A DNA stretch of 64,000 bases from the human T2T-CHM13v2.0 reference genome, Homo sapiens: assembly GCF_009914755.1 (NCBI RefSeq), contig NC_060925.1. The stretch is one strand, 5' to 3'. The notes beneath the pieces were generated by a model that was given only the letters and a program-made list of their open reading frames with translations, ran no database searches and had not been told where the DNA came from. The first letter of the stretch is position 1. The number at the start of each line of letters is the position of its first letter. Below, piece by piece: positions 1-17,712 of the stretch. Made by a program: the position numbers and the translations under genes.

Positions 1-55
1 TGTTTAAGTAAACTACTTTTATAACAGTGCTTGGTACATAGTAAGCAATATGTAA

Positions 56-395
<340 letters not shown>

Positions 396-479
396 ACAAA
401 TCAGATTTTCTACAGTACCTACTCAAGTGTACTTTAGGATACCTATCCTCTGTTCTCTTTCTCTCTTTATGTGACTTAG

Positions 480-2100
<1,621 letters not shown>

Positions 2101-5100
2101 TCAAATTCTACTTGTTTTTTTGTTTTGTTTTGTTTTTTAGCATGGGTGGCTTGTGTGTCATTTAGAAACAAGGCCAGGGACTTATCCCCCAAGATCAGGG
2201 CTGTTTGGCAACTATAGATGGAAAGGTAGACCTATTTACCTTAGGTCTCCATGATGACAAGAGCACAGTGTCTAGAGGGCCACTCAACCTGGATGAGTGA
2301 TTCATATGATGCTCTAAAGAAGGTCAAAAAGTTGCCAGGGTGAATAATGACTAGATGCTGAGAATTCATCTGCAACAGAAATCAGCGTAAAGTAACAATA
2401 ACAGTATGTGGATTGTTAAAAAGTTTATACACACACCTACACACAATACTTACTATCGCTAATGCTGTGATTTAACCATTTAAAATAACATAAAAGGCAT
2501 AGAAGAGTATTTAGGACTTCATGTCCAATAGATGGTATTGTATTATGTAAAATGATAGCAGTAGAATACCTGAGCTGTATCTTATTCCAGCTTTGTCCCT
2601 TCTTTCCAGAACTCCCTGACACATCATGTCTTCTTTCTGAGCCTCATTTTTCTCACTCAGGGTTAGCCACACAGCTCAAGAGGAAGCTCTACCCCAAAAT
2701 ATAGCTCTCCCTACCTCTTCTCCTCTGCACCCTTAGCCTTTGCCACAAGCCACCCCCATGGAAATTTTATTACCAACAACTTGACTCCTTTGGGGGAATA
2801 AATATATACTCTGATTATACAATGCCTGTATTTTTCAGTTGATAACTGAGCTTTTCAAAGAGTTCAGTTTTACTTTAATAAGAACTTTTAAACTTTGCCA
2901 ACTGAATGCCATCTAAATATTCCAGATGTCAACTATATGGAGCAATAGGACCAGAAATGGAAAAGGAAAAAAATTAAGATAAAATACAAAGGGAAAAGAG
3001 AGAAAGCACGGAGGGAATTGTGAAAATTAGAACTTAAGCCATGTGTTAAGTTAATATTTTGGAGAAAAAGACTATAAATTGATGTTACTTTTGTATTGGT
3101 CTCCAGTGCACAGCCCAGCTAGGCCCTTCTTTCTGCACTACTTATGCTCAGATATTGTAAGGCAACAAAACATGTTCTTTTAAGTAGAGAATGGATATTT
3201 AAAGTCTCTTTGCTATAGGTCAATTTTATCTCTTTCAAAATACCAAATTACATCTAGTCGTTAGAACCATAAACCCTTGGGTTAAATTGCTTCTTATAAA
3301 TGGTTCATGATATAAGAATGTGACTTACACTAAAGCAAGAAAAGAAGAGGCAGAAATGCAGGGATAATTTGAAAATCCCAAAGCTGACTTCAGGTGTGAC
3401 CGTGGAAAAGTCATGAAGCCTCTGGGCTCAAGTTTTTACACCATGGAATGATAATTTGGATTGTTATGAAAACACTTTGAGCTGCTCTCACAGCCAGCAT
3501 CTGACAAGATATTTTCCCAGCAGCCAAAACATTCTCTATAACTAATGATGGCTTGTTTTTTTTCATGCACAGAAAGATAGACACAAATATTAGAGATCAG
3601 TCAATGATTAAATAAAGTGTTCTCCTGCACAAAATAATGATTTAAGTCTTCAGGACACACAGAAACTAAGTGTAATAATTCTACTAAGGTTTAAATACTC
3701 AGAGACTACCAAGGCAAAGCAATTTGAGCAGCATCAGAAACACATACACACCATGGGCAGCAAACAGCCATTTTACATTTAATTAGGCAAAGAAACTCCA
3801 GCTGAATGGGTTAAAAATTGCCACTATTTCACAGTAAGTGATTTTCTTAACCCCCAAGGGTTCAAATTACTTTGGCAGGAAAAGCAATTATGCAATTAAT
3901 AGGGGAAAAATCTCAAGAGCTCTGTAATTTTCGAAGAGGTAAAGGTTCTGCGCTGGCCTGCAGGGGACAGCTGAGCTCTGAAGCTTTTTTCTTTTTCTTT
4001 CTTTCTTCCTTCTTTTTTTTTTTCATTTTGACCACACCCGAAATAAAAACCAAGGATATTTTGAGGAGTAGGAAAGCACAACAGCTCAGATAATGTCCCC
4101 GCCAGTATATTCATGACAGGCTCATCAGAGTGGATGCCTGCAATCTGAAGATTAAATACCCATTCAGCAGCATCAGAGGAGAGTTTGGTTTTATAATGTA
4201 TTGTCCTCTATTCCCCAGGAGGCTTCTTTGTTTGATAAAATGCTGAGTGTGGTGTAAAAATATCCCTCTCTCTGTAATTTGCACTCCTCTCCATTTAAAG
4301 CTATTCTTGCTGCAAACGAGAATTGAAAGCTGCTAAAATTAAGTGGTGTCAGTTCTCAATGACACTTTAATGATAGAGCGCTCAGCAAATGAGATGAGAA
4401 TGAATTCCAGCATCTCTGCTGAAGATAGTAACCAGCCCCAAACACTATAACGTTCCAACTGGGCCACACTTCACCTGCTTCATTCATATTTAGTAGAACT
4501 GAAATAGAGAAACTATAATTTAAGTGGTCAGAAAAAGAAAGGTGAAAATACCTGATGGCCATTGGTTCAAAGTAATTGAAGTTTGGGGTTGTAAGTCTAA
4601 GATATTCTCTCTGGCTTCTTTACCAAAATATTCTCACAGATAAAGGACATTGCATTTCAAGAGAGTAAATATCCTGTTGACCAAGAAAGTCTTCTCTGAT
4701 TATGTGACTAAGAGGACATGAGGCACTGATTTATTTTATTGAATGAGTAAATACTCATTCGGATTGCTGGCTTGACATTGTATTGGTGTGCTCTGACGGA
4801 CTCAAGCGTCTGAATCACTTTTGTACTCTCGTGGTATCAATGAGGGAGAAAGATGATTCTCTTTTTACTATGATGGAGAAAAGAAGTTCTGGGGCAATAG
4901 CAGCAGGTTTCTGAGTCTCCTCCTGCATTAGCCAACACCACACAAGAAGGGTCCTGAATAAAATTAGAGTCTAATTGAATCACACTCCTATTCAGGGGCA
5001 AATCCACTAAAATTTTCGCTCACAGGCATACAACTCAATTCAATAATCAATTTCAGTATCTAAGGCTACAAAGGCCACCCTAGGAAATTAAACATATGTA

Positions 5101-5219
5101 TTAATTAATTAAAAAACTAGACAACTGTTTATTTCAAATCAATACATAAACATGTCTATACCAAAAAGGCACAGACTAGATGGATAAACATGGGAAGGAA
5201 AGACCACTTTGTAACTGGT

Positions 5220-5500
5220 GAGGCCTTTGGTTAAGCATGGCTTCCTGGAGGAGGTGAACTAGGGGTGGTCCTGGAGGAAGTTAAAAACCTGAGTAGATAA
5301 AGAAGAATAAGAAAGGTGTCTGGCAAGGAAAGAAAGGTGGAGCACAGGAATGGGAGGACTGCCCTAACAAACACAGCATGAGCAGGAATAATGAAGGACA
5401 GGTTGACTGTCTAAGGTGCATATTGCCTGAATCCCTTAATTTTCATCTAAGGAATTTGAATGTGATCTGATTAGCAACAAGAAGTCACCATAGATCCCTG
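5220..5500 (-). mobile_element. L2 fragment
   Basis: ggcttcctggaggaggtga and ggaatttgaatgtgatctg resemble antisense L2. Confidence 0.55.
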
Positions 5501-5514
5501 AGCACCTCATGAGT

Positions 5515-5600
5515 GCATTGTAAAAACTGAATGAGATAACATATGCGAAAGCGACCAGCGCTGTGGTGCCCAGTAGGTAATGCACAATAAATGTTAGTCT
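5515..5600 (+). mobile_element. MIR 3' fragment
   Basis: aatgagataacatatgcgaaagcg...caataaatgttag. Confidence 0.65.
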
Positions 5601-6447
5601 GTTACAGAGTTATTTCTGAATAGGGCTGAGATATAATGAACACGATGTTTCAGGAACAGTGATCTGTGCAAGTGAACCAGAGGCGGGGAGAATGGTGGCT
5701 GTTGCAGCAAGCTGGCCACAGGGTGACAAGCATGCCTCACCACTGTGCATGCAGACCATATGTCACTAGGTTTCCGAAAAGCTGCCATCTGCCAAGGTAG
5801 CAGTCTGATGGACCTCTGCCGCCTAGATGATGCTAGCCAGGGACCTTTTGGACAATGTATCCTACTGTAAAACGTAGTTCACACATGTTTCTTGAAATTA
5901 CAGCATAGTTATAGAAACAGGCAGATGTGGCAGACAGGAAACTGAAGAAAATAGGCCCATTGATTGCTCTTCTATGCTAGGGCTTCATTAACAATCTAGA
6001 GAACCCTGGAATTCCTTATGGCAAGTGTTTGTAAGTGTTTGTAAAAAAATGCTTTAATGTTTTAAAATGAATGCCCACTTTGTAACTGTATTATAATGGA
6101 AAATATCAAAATAATTTTGTTTCTACAGCTCTTGAGAGCTTTAGTGGTCTGGCAACACAGCAAGGTGAACTGAAATCATGCTAGCCTCCTCTGAGCTTTC
6201 ATCATCTTGGACATCCATCTATATGAGCTTGGCAACACTCAAAGAAGGATTACAATGCATTATGATTTTATGGTTGCTAAAGGTACTAGCAATATGCTTG
6301 ACACCTGTCTCTGTGTCTATAATGTTTTACTTTAAACAATATAGGTAAACAAAGTGGTTACAAGTTCTTTCCTTAACTTCAGGAAGTGAAGGACATCCAA
6401 GTGAATTGCTTCATTCTGTTGAATTGTCTGTAGTTTGGGTTTATTTT

Positions 6448-6744
<297 letters not shown>

Positions 6745-6773
6745 TGTTTGGGTTTATTTTGAACTCATGGTAA

Positions 6774-7067
<294 letters not shown>

Positions 7068-7493
7068 ACTCATGGCAATTTTTTAGCAGCTTCATGAAGG
7101 TATAATGTATGTGCTATAAACTGTATTTTTAATTTACATTAAGTGTGCAATTAAATGAGCTTTGACATTTGTATTTACCCCTGAAACCAACACCACAATC
7201 AAGAAAATGAATATTTCCTTCACCCCCAAAAGATTCCCTGTGCTCTCTCAAAGTCCATCCTTTCTTCCACAGCCTCGGGCAATCACGAGTCAATTTTCTG
7301 TCACTATATATTAGTTTGCAATTTTCAGGAATGTTATATACATGGAGTCATACAGCATATACACATTTGTGTCTTGCGCCTTTCATTCAGCATAGTGACT
7401 TTGAAATTCATCCGTGGTGCTTCATGGGTCTGTGGATCATTCGTCTCTATTGTTCATTATATAGATCTACCACGTTTTGTGTTTTATTCACCT

Positions 7494-8556
<1,063 letters not shown>

Positions 8557-8570
8557 CACCTGTTGGCAGG

Positions 8571-9018
8571 TGTGTCAGTTTCCTAGAGCTGCCTTAATAA
8601 ATTGCCATTTAGCCTGAGTGACTTTTTAAAACAAAACAGAAATTTATTTTCTCATAGTTCTAGAACTTGGAAATGGCCACACTCCCTCTGAAAGCTCTGG
8701 GTAGAATCATTCCACGGCTCTCTCCTGGTTGCTGGTGGTTGCCGGCAGTCCTCTGCATTACAGACTCATAACTCCAGTTTCTGCCTCCATCTTCACATGA
8801 TGTCTTCTTCCCTGTGTATGATTATGTCTCTGTGTCTGAAATTCCCTCTTTTTATAAGGAGACTAGTTTTACTGGATTTAGGTCCCACTCTAATCCAGTA
8901 TGACCTCATGTTAACTTGATTTCATCTGAAAAACCATATTTCCAAAAGGGGTCACATTCACAGGCACGGGGTGGACATAAATTTGGTGGGAGTGGGGGAC
9001 ATTATTTAACTTAGTACA
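8571..9018 (-). mobile_element. MaLR solo LTR (MLT1C-like)
   Basis: tgtgtcagtttcctagagctgcc ... tagtaca with TG..CA ends; typical ctaatccagtatgacctc. Confidence 0.85.
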
Positions 9019-9567
9019 GTGGGCATTTGATGTTTGTAATTTGTGCTATTATGAATAAAGCTGATATATGCATTGGTGTATAAGTCTTTGCGTGAATGTA
9101 TGCTTTCTTTTGTCTTTGGTAAATATTAGTCGTGGAATGTGGTTTGAGTGGTAGAAGTGTATTTAATTCATTAAGGAACTGCTAACAGTTTTCTAAAGTA
9201 GTTGTGCCATTTTACTTTTCCAGGAGTAATAGTTGTTCCTCGCCTTTGTCAACACTTCATATGATCAGGTTTATTTTTTATAGAGTTCTTTTCTAGGTTG
9301 ATATAAATCCTTCATCAGAAACTCGTATTGTGGATATTTTCTTCTAGTCTGTGGCTTCTCTTTTGTTGTTTAGATGGTATTTTCCTACGAGCAAAAGTTT
9401 ATAATATTGGTAAAGCCAAATTTATCTATTTTTTATGGTTTGGCTTTTTACAGCCTAAAAAATGTGCCTATTATAAAGTTGCAAAGATTGTCTCCTTTGC
9501 CTTCTTCCAGAAGTTTTATAGATTTAACTTTGATATTTAGGCTGACATAACTTTTGAATTCCTGACA

Positions 9568-9748
9568 TTTTATTTTTGTTTTACTTGTTTATTTACAGAC
9601 AGAGTCTTATTATGTTGTCCAGGCTGGACTGGCTATTCACAGGTGCAATCACAGTGCTCTACAGCCTCCAACTCCTGAGCTCAAGCAATCCTCCTGCCAC
9701 AGCCTCCCAAGTTGCTGGGACTACAGGCATGCACCACCATGCCTAGTG
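9568..9748 (-). mobile_element. FAM (free Alu monomer)
   Basis: Keeps the 7SL-type ggctattcacagg segment that dimeric Alus lack. Confidence 0.85.
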
Positions 9749-9779
9749 CATTTTATTTTTTAATAAAAGTTTCATAGGT

Positions 9780-10163
9780 TATATTAGTCTGTTTTGTGCT
9801 GCTACAACAAAATACCTGAGACTGGGTAATTTATAACGAACAGAAATGTATTGGCTCATAATTCTGGAAGTTGGGAAGCCCAATATAAGATGCTGGTGTC
9901 TGATAAGAGCCTTCTTGCTGCATCATAACATGGTAGAGGGCATCACATGGTAGAAAGGCAAACAGAGGGCAACAGAGAAAGCCAGAGAGGGCAAACCCAC
10001 TCCCTTGATAGCACACCTTCTCTTGCAACAATGCATTTTGTCCATTCATGGAGGTGGAGCCCTCATGACTTAAACACCTCTTAAAGGTCCCACCTCTTAA
10101 TACTGGTACAATGCCAGTTGAGTTTCAGCATGAGTTTTGGAGGGGACAATCATTCAAACCACA
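9780..10163 (-). mobile_element. MaLR solo LTR (MST family)
   Basis: tattagtctgttttgtgctgcta...gagactgggtaatttata...aggtcccacctc...cattcaaacca. Confidence 0.85.
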
Positions 10164-10309
10164 TTTAAAAACCTTCAATAATTTATTTTTATGTTATTGC
10201 CTTTTGGATGATAGAAACAACACATGGTCACTGTAAACAATTTTGAAACTACTACAATAGTATAAGGGAAAAGAACATTAAAATACCTATAATTTCACTG
10301 CATTTCAGA

Positions 10310-10581
10310 TGACAGTTTCAACTGAGTCTAGGCTTTCCAGCTACCCTCACCAAGCGGTCAGATATGTGAGCACATCATTTTGGACCTTAAAAAGCAGTCC
10401 AGCTACCCAATGAATACTATTAAATGGCATCAGTCAATGACACTTGGAGTCAAAGAATTGCCCAGCTGAGCTCTGTTTAAATTTCTGACCCACAAAATAA
10501 TGAGAGATAGTACAATAGGTAAGTTAAGCCACAAAGTTTTGGGAGCAATGTGTTAATTATTAGCAATAGGTAACTAGGACA
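10310..10581 (+). mobile_element. Old MLT1 (I/J-like) LTR 3' part
   Basis: gcccagctgagc...tttctgacccaca...taagccacaaagttttgg...gcaataggtaactaggaca. Confidence 0.7.
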
Positions 10582-10710
10582 ATATCTTTAATTAAGCCAC
10601 TGAGTTTAGCAAGTACATTTAATGTTACCTGTAAACCTGAGTTCTGGTGATTAAAACCCATTTTATAAAATTTTAAAATATATTTTAAAATAAATAGCAG
10701 TTTTCTAGTC

Positions 10711-10789
10711 CAGCAAACCTAATGTAAGGGAATCTATCAGGCTGGTCCAAACTTTTGCACCAGCCTGATAGATTCCCTTAAGTTTGCTG
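10711..10789. repeat. Near-perfect inverted repeat with a MADE1-like core
   Basis: Perfect 22-bp arms at 10725-10746 and 10759-10780, plus outer cagcaaac/gtttgctg. Confidence 0.9.
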
Positions 10790-11069
10790 AATGAAAATAA
10801 CTTCTAGACTGAAAGAAAATATTTCTTGAACTAAGTGAAGCTTGTTAAGGAATTGAGTCTAGATGAGCACCAGACTTGGAATCAGGTTTCCATATCCAGC
10901 CTTCCCACTTGCAACCTGTATAGCCTGAGAAATGCATTTAACCTTCTGCTGATTCTTGCAATGTGTATGAAAACTATTAGGTTTAGTTTTTTGATCTATT
11001 GACATTTCTAATTAGTTCTAATAGTTTTGCAGTTTATTCTCTTGAATTTTTTTAGTGCTTACATTTACT

Positions 11070-11620
11070 GTAGTCATCTCCAATTAATTTGTCTCTGCAG
11101 TCAGTGATCTCTTTAAAAAGCAAATCTGATCATACCAATCCCCTTCTTGAACCTTTTGAATAGCTTCTTATTGCCCTGGGATAATATCTCACCCATGGCC
11201 TCAAAGGTTTTGTGTGGTCTGACCCGTGGTCTTTCTACCTGTACTACAGTCAGACTAGGCTTTTTTTTTTTCCAGATGTGCTGTATCCCACCTTGCTTTA
11301 GCCCACCTGGGAGCCTTTTGCATACACTCTTTCCTCTATCTGGAATTCTGCTTCCTCCACTCTTGACTCAGTTAATTGATACTCATCCTGAAGTTCTCAA
11401 ACTTCACTTTATTTCCCTGTGGGGCGCCTTTCCCAATGCTCCAACCCAAGGGTTCAGGTAACCTGAAATTTTCCTTTCAGGAACCCGTCTAACATCCTTC
11501 CCCACAGTCCACCACCAGCCCAAGGTTAGCTGCAGAGAGTAGGTACTGTGTCCAGCCTAAGAGAGGGCCTAGGGTGCTGCAGCACTCATTTAATACTCAA
11601 GGACAGAATTAGATGAATGG
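11070..11620 (+). mobile_element. L2 3' fragment
   Basis: gtgatctctttaaaaagcaaatctgatcat and downstream L2-like text. Confidence 0.7.
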
Positions 11621-12311
11621 AAGGAAGACAGCACAGCATTTTGTGGACTATAAAATGCTAAATGTATTTCAAAAACCATAGTGCCAGAAATAATAGTGTC
11701 CTGCTCTATGCAACAGTTTATTCCTTAAAGAAAGACCTTATATAACATAACTGTCTAATCTATTTTCTCCAGCACCAATAAAATATGAAAGCTGGTAATT
11801 AATTTTTCTAATATCCCAACTAAAAGAGAAATCTGATATTATTAATTCTGCACTATTGATTTGACCCTTAATCAAATATTGTCTTTACACAGCTTCAATG
11901 TTACTACCCTATTGCATTATTAAAATTTTGTTACATAAGTTTCATACATGCCTCCTAAATGTGAGCATGTAAATGGAATTTACATTCTCCAGGTGAGGAG
12001 AGACTTGCTTTTTATTCCCTGTAACACTGGCCCCAACACTCCAGCAGAGCAATGGCATCTGTTGTCAAGTGTTTCATTACTCAACAATTAAATAAGAAAA
12101 AGATAAATTTATTCAATTTTTCTGAGATTGTGCTCTCTTAAATTAATTCAGTTAAACTCTCCTTTCTTTTTGAAATTAAGCTTACGTAGATGGGAAGGGA
12201 AAGTTATGCCCTTAACCAGAAAAAACAAAAGTAGACAAATCTATGTCAGTCCCATTTTAAATTTTATTTTATACATTTTCGTGAAATAACAAAACCTAGG
12301 AACTGCTGCCT

Positions 12312-12315
<4 letters not shown>

Positions 12316-12344
<29 letters not shown>
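12316..12344. repeat. (CA)14 microsatellite
   Basis: Read directly. Confidence 0.97.
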
Positions 12345-12745
12345 GCCTTCAAAAATATTTCTTAATTGATGAATAAGTGAGGGAATTATGCCTGTCAATT
12401 TTTTAATTCACAAATTACTTCCTGTGGGAACTGAAGCAGTTACATTCTTCCAACAGGCATCAGGTGGCTGCTGTGTGCATTTGATGGTCCTGTATGGGCA
12501 TATGTGGGTCAGTTACTACAAGGCAAGTTTGGGATTGCCTGTGAATTACTAAATTGTGACTTTTTGAGATCAAAAGTACAGTAGAGATTATCTGTATCAA
12601 CCACCCTTCCACTCGCCAGTTTTGAAGAAGAGGAGGCTGGAACTTGGAGACATCATAGGGGCTACAGAAAGCAGAGACAGGTTAGAAACAAGGACTCCTC
12701 CTGTCCCTGGTAAGTTCTAACTTGTTTAATCAAAAGAACAGCTGG

Positions 12746-12980
12746 GGCCTGTCATGGTGGCTCATGCCTGTAATCTCGACACTTACAGAGGCCAAGGCAG
12801 AAGGATCGCTTCAACCCAGGAGTTTGAGACCAGCCTGGGTAGCATAGCAAGGCCTCGTCTCCACGCACAAAAAAAACAATTAGCCTGGGAGGTCAAGGCT
12901 ACAGTGAGCTGTGTGGGCTGTGATCATGCCACTGCATTCCAGCCTAGGTGACAAAGTGAGATACAATCTCCAAAAAAAAA
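12746..12980 (+). mobile_element. AluJ with internal right-arm deletion
   Basis: Linker ttagc joins ctgggaggtcaagg directly; TSD aaaaga(a/t)ca(g/t)ctgg. Confidence 0.9.
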
Positions 12981-13484
12981 AAAAGATCATCTGGACTCAT
13001 GCGTGCCTGTGCAGGTGTGTTGTATGAATTTCACAGGACAGACAGAGAATAGACCTGCTAAGAGAGACTGCAAGAAAATGACCCCTGATATTTTTTAAAG
13101 CTGAGAAGTAAGTGCTGAAGGCAAGCCCCAACACCCGCTACAGCATAATCAGTATTGATGACAATAGAGTCCTGGGAAAAACATTAAACCAGGGGAATTT
13201 GGCTTTGTCACCTCCAATCTCTATTAATTTTTTTTTCCTTTCTTCTATATCATGACTCCTGACATTTCCTCCTAGCTGGATGATGCCCCTTTCTCCAGAA
13301 TGTTCATCAGGCAGCCATTGGAGAGTACACCATTCTCCAATACTTCCTCCCTAAATCTGAACCAGAAATGGGCTATTTTAGCATGGATTAAGAAAAAATA
13401 AACACGGTTAAAGAAACTCATATATAATGGGAATGAAGTGAAAAACTCACCCTAAGGATATCTGATTTTTAAAAAAAGAAACTT

Positions 13485-13803
<319 letters not shown>

Positions 13804-13804
13804 C

Positions 13805-14455
13805 CCATTGGGGACAAAAGGTAATGCCTTATACATTGTCGGTGGGATTGTAAATTAGTTCAGCCCCTGTGAAAAGCAGCTTGGAGATTTCTCAAAGAAC
13901 TAAATGTAGAATTACCCTTTGACTCAGCAATCCCATTACTGAGTATATAGCCAAAGGAAAATACATTGTTCTACCAAAGACACCTGCACTCCTATGTTTG
14001 TCACAGCACTATTCACAATTGCAAAGACATGGAATCAGCCTAGGTGCCCTTCAACTGAGGATTGGATGAAGGAAATGCGAAAGAAAACTTACACACCATG
14101 GAATACTACACGGCCATAAAAAACAATGAAATCATGTCGTTTGCAGCAACATGGATGCAGCTGGAGGTCATTATCCTAACTGAATTAATGCAGAAACACA
14201 AAAGCAAATAATACATGTTCTCACTTATAAGAGAGCTAAACATTGAGCATACATGGACATAAAACAAGGGAACAATAGATAATGAGGAATACTAGAGAGG
14301 GGAGGGAGCAGGCAAGGGTTGAAAACCTACTTATTGTGTTCTATGCTTAGTATTTTGGTGATGGATTCAGTTGAAGCCCAAACCTCAGCATTATGCAATA
14401 TACCTATGTAACAAAACTGCACATGTACCCCTGACTCTAAAATTGAAAAATGTTT
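13805..14455 (+). mobile_element. L1 3' end (old L1PA/L1PB type)
   Basis: ORF2 C-terminal region and 3' UTR ending cccaaacctcagcattatgcaatatacctatgtaacaaaactgcacatgtacccc. Confidence 0.9.
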
Positions 14456-14949
14456 AAAGAAACTTATTAACTTATGTTACTCTTTAAATAGGTTTTAGGA
14501 GAAAGAAATTGTCCTCCTTATTCCCTCCTCTCTCCACTCCACCATGTCTACAAGTCAGATGCAGACCAGAAACACGGAAGTAAGCCAACATACAATTTCT
14601 GAACACTTGTTTTTGTTTTTATTTAGTTTTGTTTGTGTTTGTTTGTGCCAAATGGAAAGAGAACATACAATCACTGGAGCCAACATAAAAGTTGTGATGT
14701 ACTGACACACAATGATTTTTTTGATAATAAAACTTGGCAATTCATAAATAAGCAGAATTGGAATTGTTTACACCAGTTTATGTGCAGTTTAATAGATAAG
14801 GAACAAATTATTTAATGCACTTTTCCTCCTAGGAATTGCATAAATTACATCAAGCATGATGCTAACCAAACATAGATGGGATCCCAACTTTTCAATTTAC
14901 TATCTGTTGGACTAAGGGAATGTTACTTGAATTCATGATGCACCAGGCT

Positions 14950-16660
14950 ATTCCTCATACATTCAACAATAAATGTATTGATTTCCACCAATTTTCTGGG
15001 CACTGTTTTAGGCCCTTGGATATATCAGTAAATGAAGCCAAGGTCCCTGTCCTTGTGGAGCTTACATTCTCATGGGGGGAGACAATAAGCAATAAATGTA
15101 ATGGATTTGCAACTTTATAGGATGTCAGATAGTGGAAAGAAACAGAGTCTCATTGAGAATAGGGAATTTGAGAAAATAAGTGAAGGACATGAGGGATTTG
15201 GCCATGCAGATATCTGGGAGATGGGTAGATCAGGAAGAGGAAGCAGTCAGCACAAATGTCCTGAGGTGAGATAGTACTGGAGTGGAGTAGGAGATGTAGT
15301 CAGAGGAGAGAAAGGGCTGGATCAGGCAGGACCTTGTAAACCATTCTATAGACTGTAGTTTTTACTCTGAGTTGAAATAGGGAAGTGTAGAAGGGTTTTG
15401 AGCACAAGTGTCACATCATCTGATGTACATTTTTAGCAGAACCATTCTAGTTTCTTTTTTGAGAATCCACTGAAGGAGGTCAAAGGTAAAGGAGGCAGGG
15501 AGACCAGCTATGAAACACTGCAGGCATCCTGGCAGGAAACAATGGTGGTTCAGACAATGGTGGTACGATGCAAGTGGCAAGAAGGGGTGAGATTCTCTAC
15601 ATATTTACAAGCCAAGCCAAGGAATTTCATAGTGAAAAAAACACATTTATATATGTGTGAGAAATAGTGAAGCCAAGGATGACTACAGGATATTTGACCC
15701 GAGAAACTAGAAAGATGGAATTGTTATCAACAGAGATGGCATAATTACAAAACGCAGGATACACCAGATGGCCAATTTTGGATATGTTGAGCTGAGGCTA
15801 TCAGTTAGATATCCACTTGGAAATATCAAGTAATTAGTTAAGTTTAGAGGTTGGGAGAAAGGTGTGGCTGGAGACATAAATTTGGGAGTTGTTGGTATAA
15901 AAATGTATTTAAAGTCATGAGACTAGATGAGATCAATGAGGAAATTACTATAGATTAAGAAGAAAATAGGCCGGGCTCGGTGGCTCAGGCCTGTAATCCC
16001 AGAACTTTGGGAGGCTGAGGAGGGCAGATCATGAGGTCAGGAGATCGAGACCACCCTGGCTAACACAGTGAAACCCCATCTCTACTAAAAATACAAAAAA
16101 TTAGCTGAGCATGTTGGCACACGCCTGTAGTCCCAGCTACTCAGGAGGCCGAGGCAGGAGAATCGTTTGAACTCAGGAGGTGGAGCTTGCAGAGAGCCGA
16201 GATTGCTCCACTGTACTCCTCCAGCCTGGGCAACAGAGCGAGACTCCGTCTCAAAAAAAAAGAGGAAGAAGAAAATAAGCCCAGGGACTGAGCTGGGACC
16301 ACTTTAACAATAATGGAACTGGGAGAAGAGAAGAAACTAGCAAAGAAGAATGAGAAGGAGTGACCAATGAGGTGGGAGAAAAGCTAGAAGAGTGTGGTGT
16401 CCTGAAAGCTAAGTCAAGAAAATTTGTCAAAGAGGAAATGATCAATTGTCAAATGCCGATAGGCCAAGTAAAATGAAGACAAAACATCAACCACAAGCTT
16501 TCTAATGGTGTTTATTAGTGACCAAGACGTAAGCACTTTAGACACAGGGAATAGAAGTGGATTAAAGTAGGTATAACAGAGAATGGAGGACGTTAATTGG
16601 AGACAGTGAATATATACAATTCATTCCAAGAGTTTTGCTGCAAAGTAATAGTTCAGTAGC
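14950..16660 (-). mobile_element. L2a LINE, split by the Alu at 15969
   Basis: cattcaacaataaatgtattga...gtccctgtccttgtggagcttacattct; long colinear antisense L2. Confidence 0.85.
15969..16265 (+). mobile_element. AluSc/AluY-type SINE
   Basis: Dimer; TSD AAGAAGAAAATA at 15957-15968 and 16266-16277. Confidence 0.95.
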
Positions 16661-16847
16661 TGGTGGAGAAAATGGAATGGAGAGATTTATAAATCCAAGT
16701 TCCCTTGAAAGACTCTTTTAGTAGCTGTACACATTGATTAGAATGAATGTACATTAGATCTAAGTTGTGCAGATTACAGTACTTACTACAGAGACAGAGA
16801 ATTAAACACATTTGATTGGTTGGAAGTAAATATGGCTGGCTGGAGGT

Positions 16848-17340
16848 CACATTGGTTAGGACTGCTTTGATTGCAAATAACAGAACCTTTCTGAAACCAA
16901 CTTAAGCAAAAATGGAATTGATTACAAGAATGAGTGTTTTGCAGAACCTGAGGGCACAGATGTAGCTGGCTTTTGGAACAGGTGGGACCTAGGTACTGGA
17001 TACCTTTAGTAATCATTCTTCATCTGTATCACTTCTCCTCTCTGCAAATCTGCTTTATCCCTTTTCTTTTGTTACGCAGGCCAGTTTCCTCTACATCTCC
17101 TGGTGAAGTCCTGAAGCACATCTCCCTCAGAAACCTCCCCAGTTTACCTATCCTTTGCCCACTCCGAAAACCAATTTTCCTCATTGACCAAACCTATGTC
17201 AAGTGCCCATCTCTGACCCAAGCAATTGAAGTAATGGGGGTTGTCTTATATTGTAAAACCATGGCTGAAAGAAATAACTTCTATGGGTAGAATGAGCAAC
17301 TTCCAGACTATGTGGGAGCTGAGCCAAGGGTAGAAAACAT
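16848..17340 (-). mobile_element. Old MLT1-type LTR remnant
   Basis: gttaggactgctttgattgcaaataacagaa...aacttaagcaaaaa; heavily diverged. Confidence 0.5.
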
Positions 17341-17712
17341 AAACTGTAAACACTACACAGGTGAGAAATCTTCTGAATACAATAAAAGTGGGGATAATGA
17401 TTATGAATATCGGCCAAAACAACAAATAATTTATACATGTATACATAATTGACAAAATATGCATGTATATATGTGCATATATATATACATGTACATAAAC
17501 ATGCACATATATTTGGCTTGAGATTGTATTATATAACTTTACTGGAATATTTACCTTCTTAATTGTGATTTACTAGGATTATAATAAAATGTATTTATAT
17601 TCAATTAACAGTGAATTTAGACAGGATAGAAATGGATGGATAAAGGAAGTCCCAGTAGTTACCTACACATGCATCCAATTGCATTTTTCTCACGAAGGTA
17701 TTGAGCTACCAA

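Noticed and set aside
2240-2369. Minus-strand exon-like segment (ttgcag| ... |gtaaat)
   Set aside because: Stops in all three frames and a weak donor; cannot be supported without transcript data
13037-13107. Plus-strand exon-like segment ending in GTAAGT
   Set aside because: Poor pyrimidine tract; expected by chance in 64 kb
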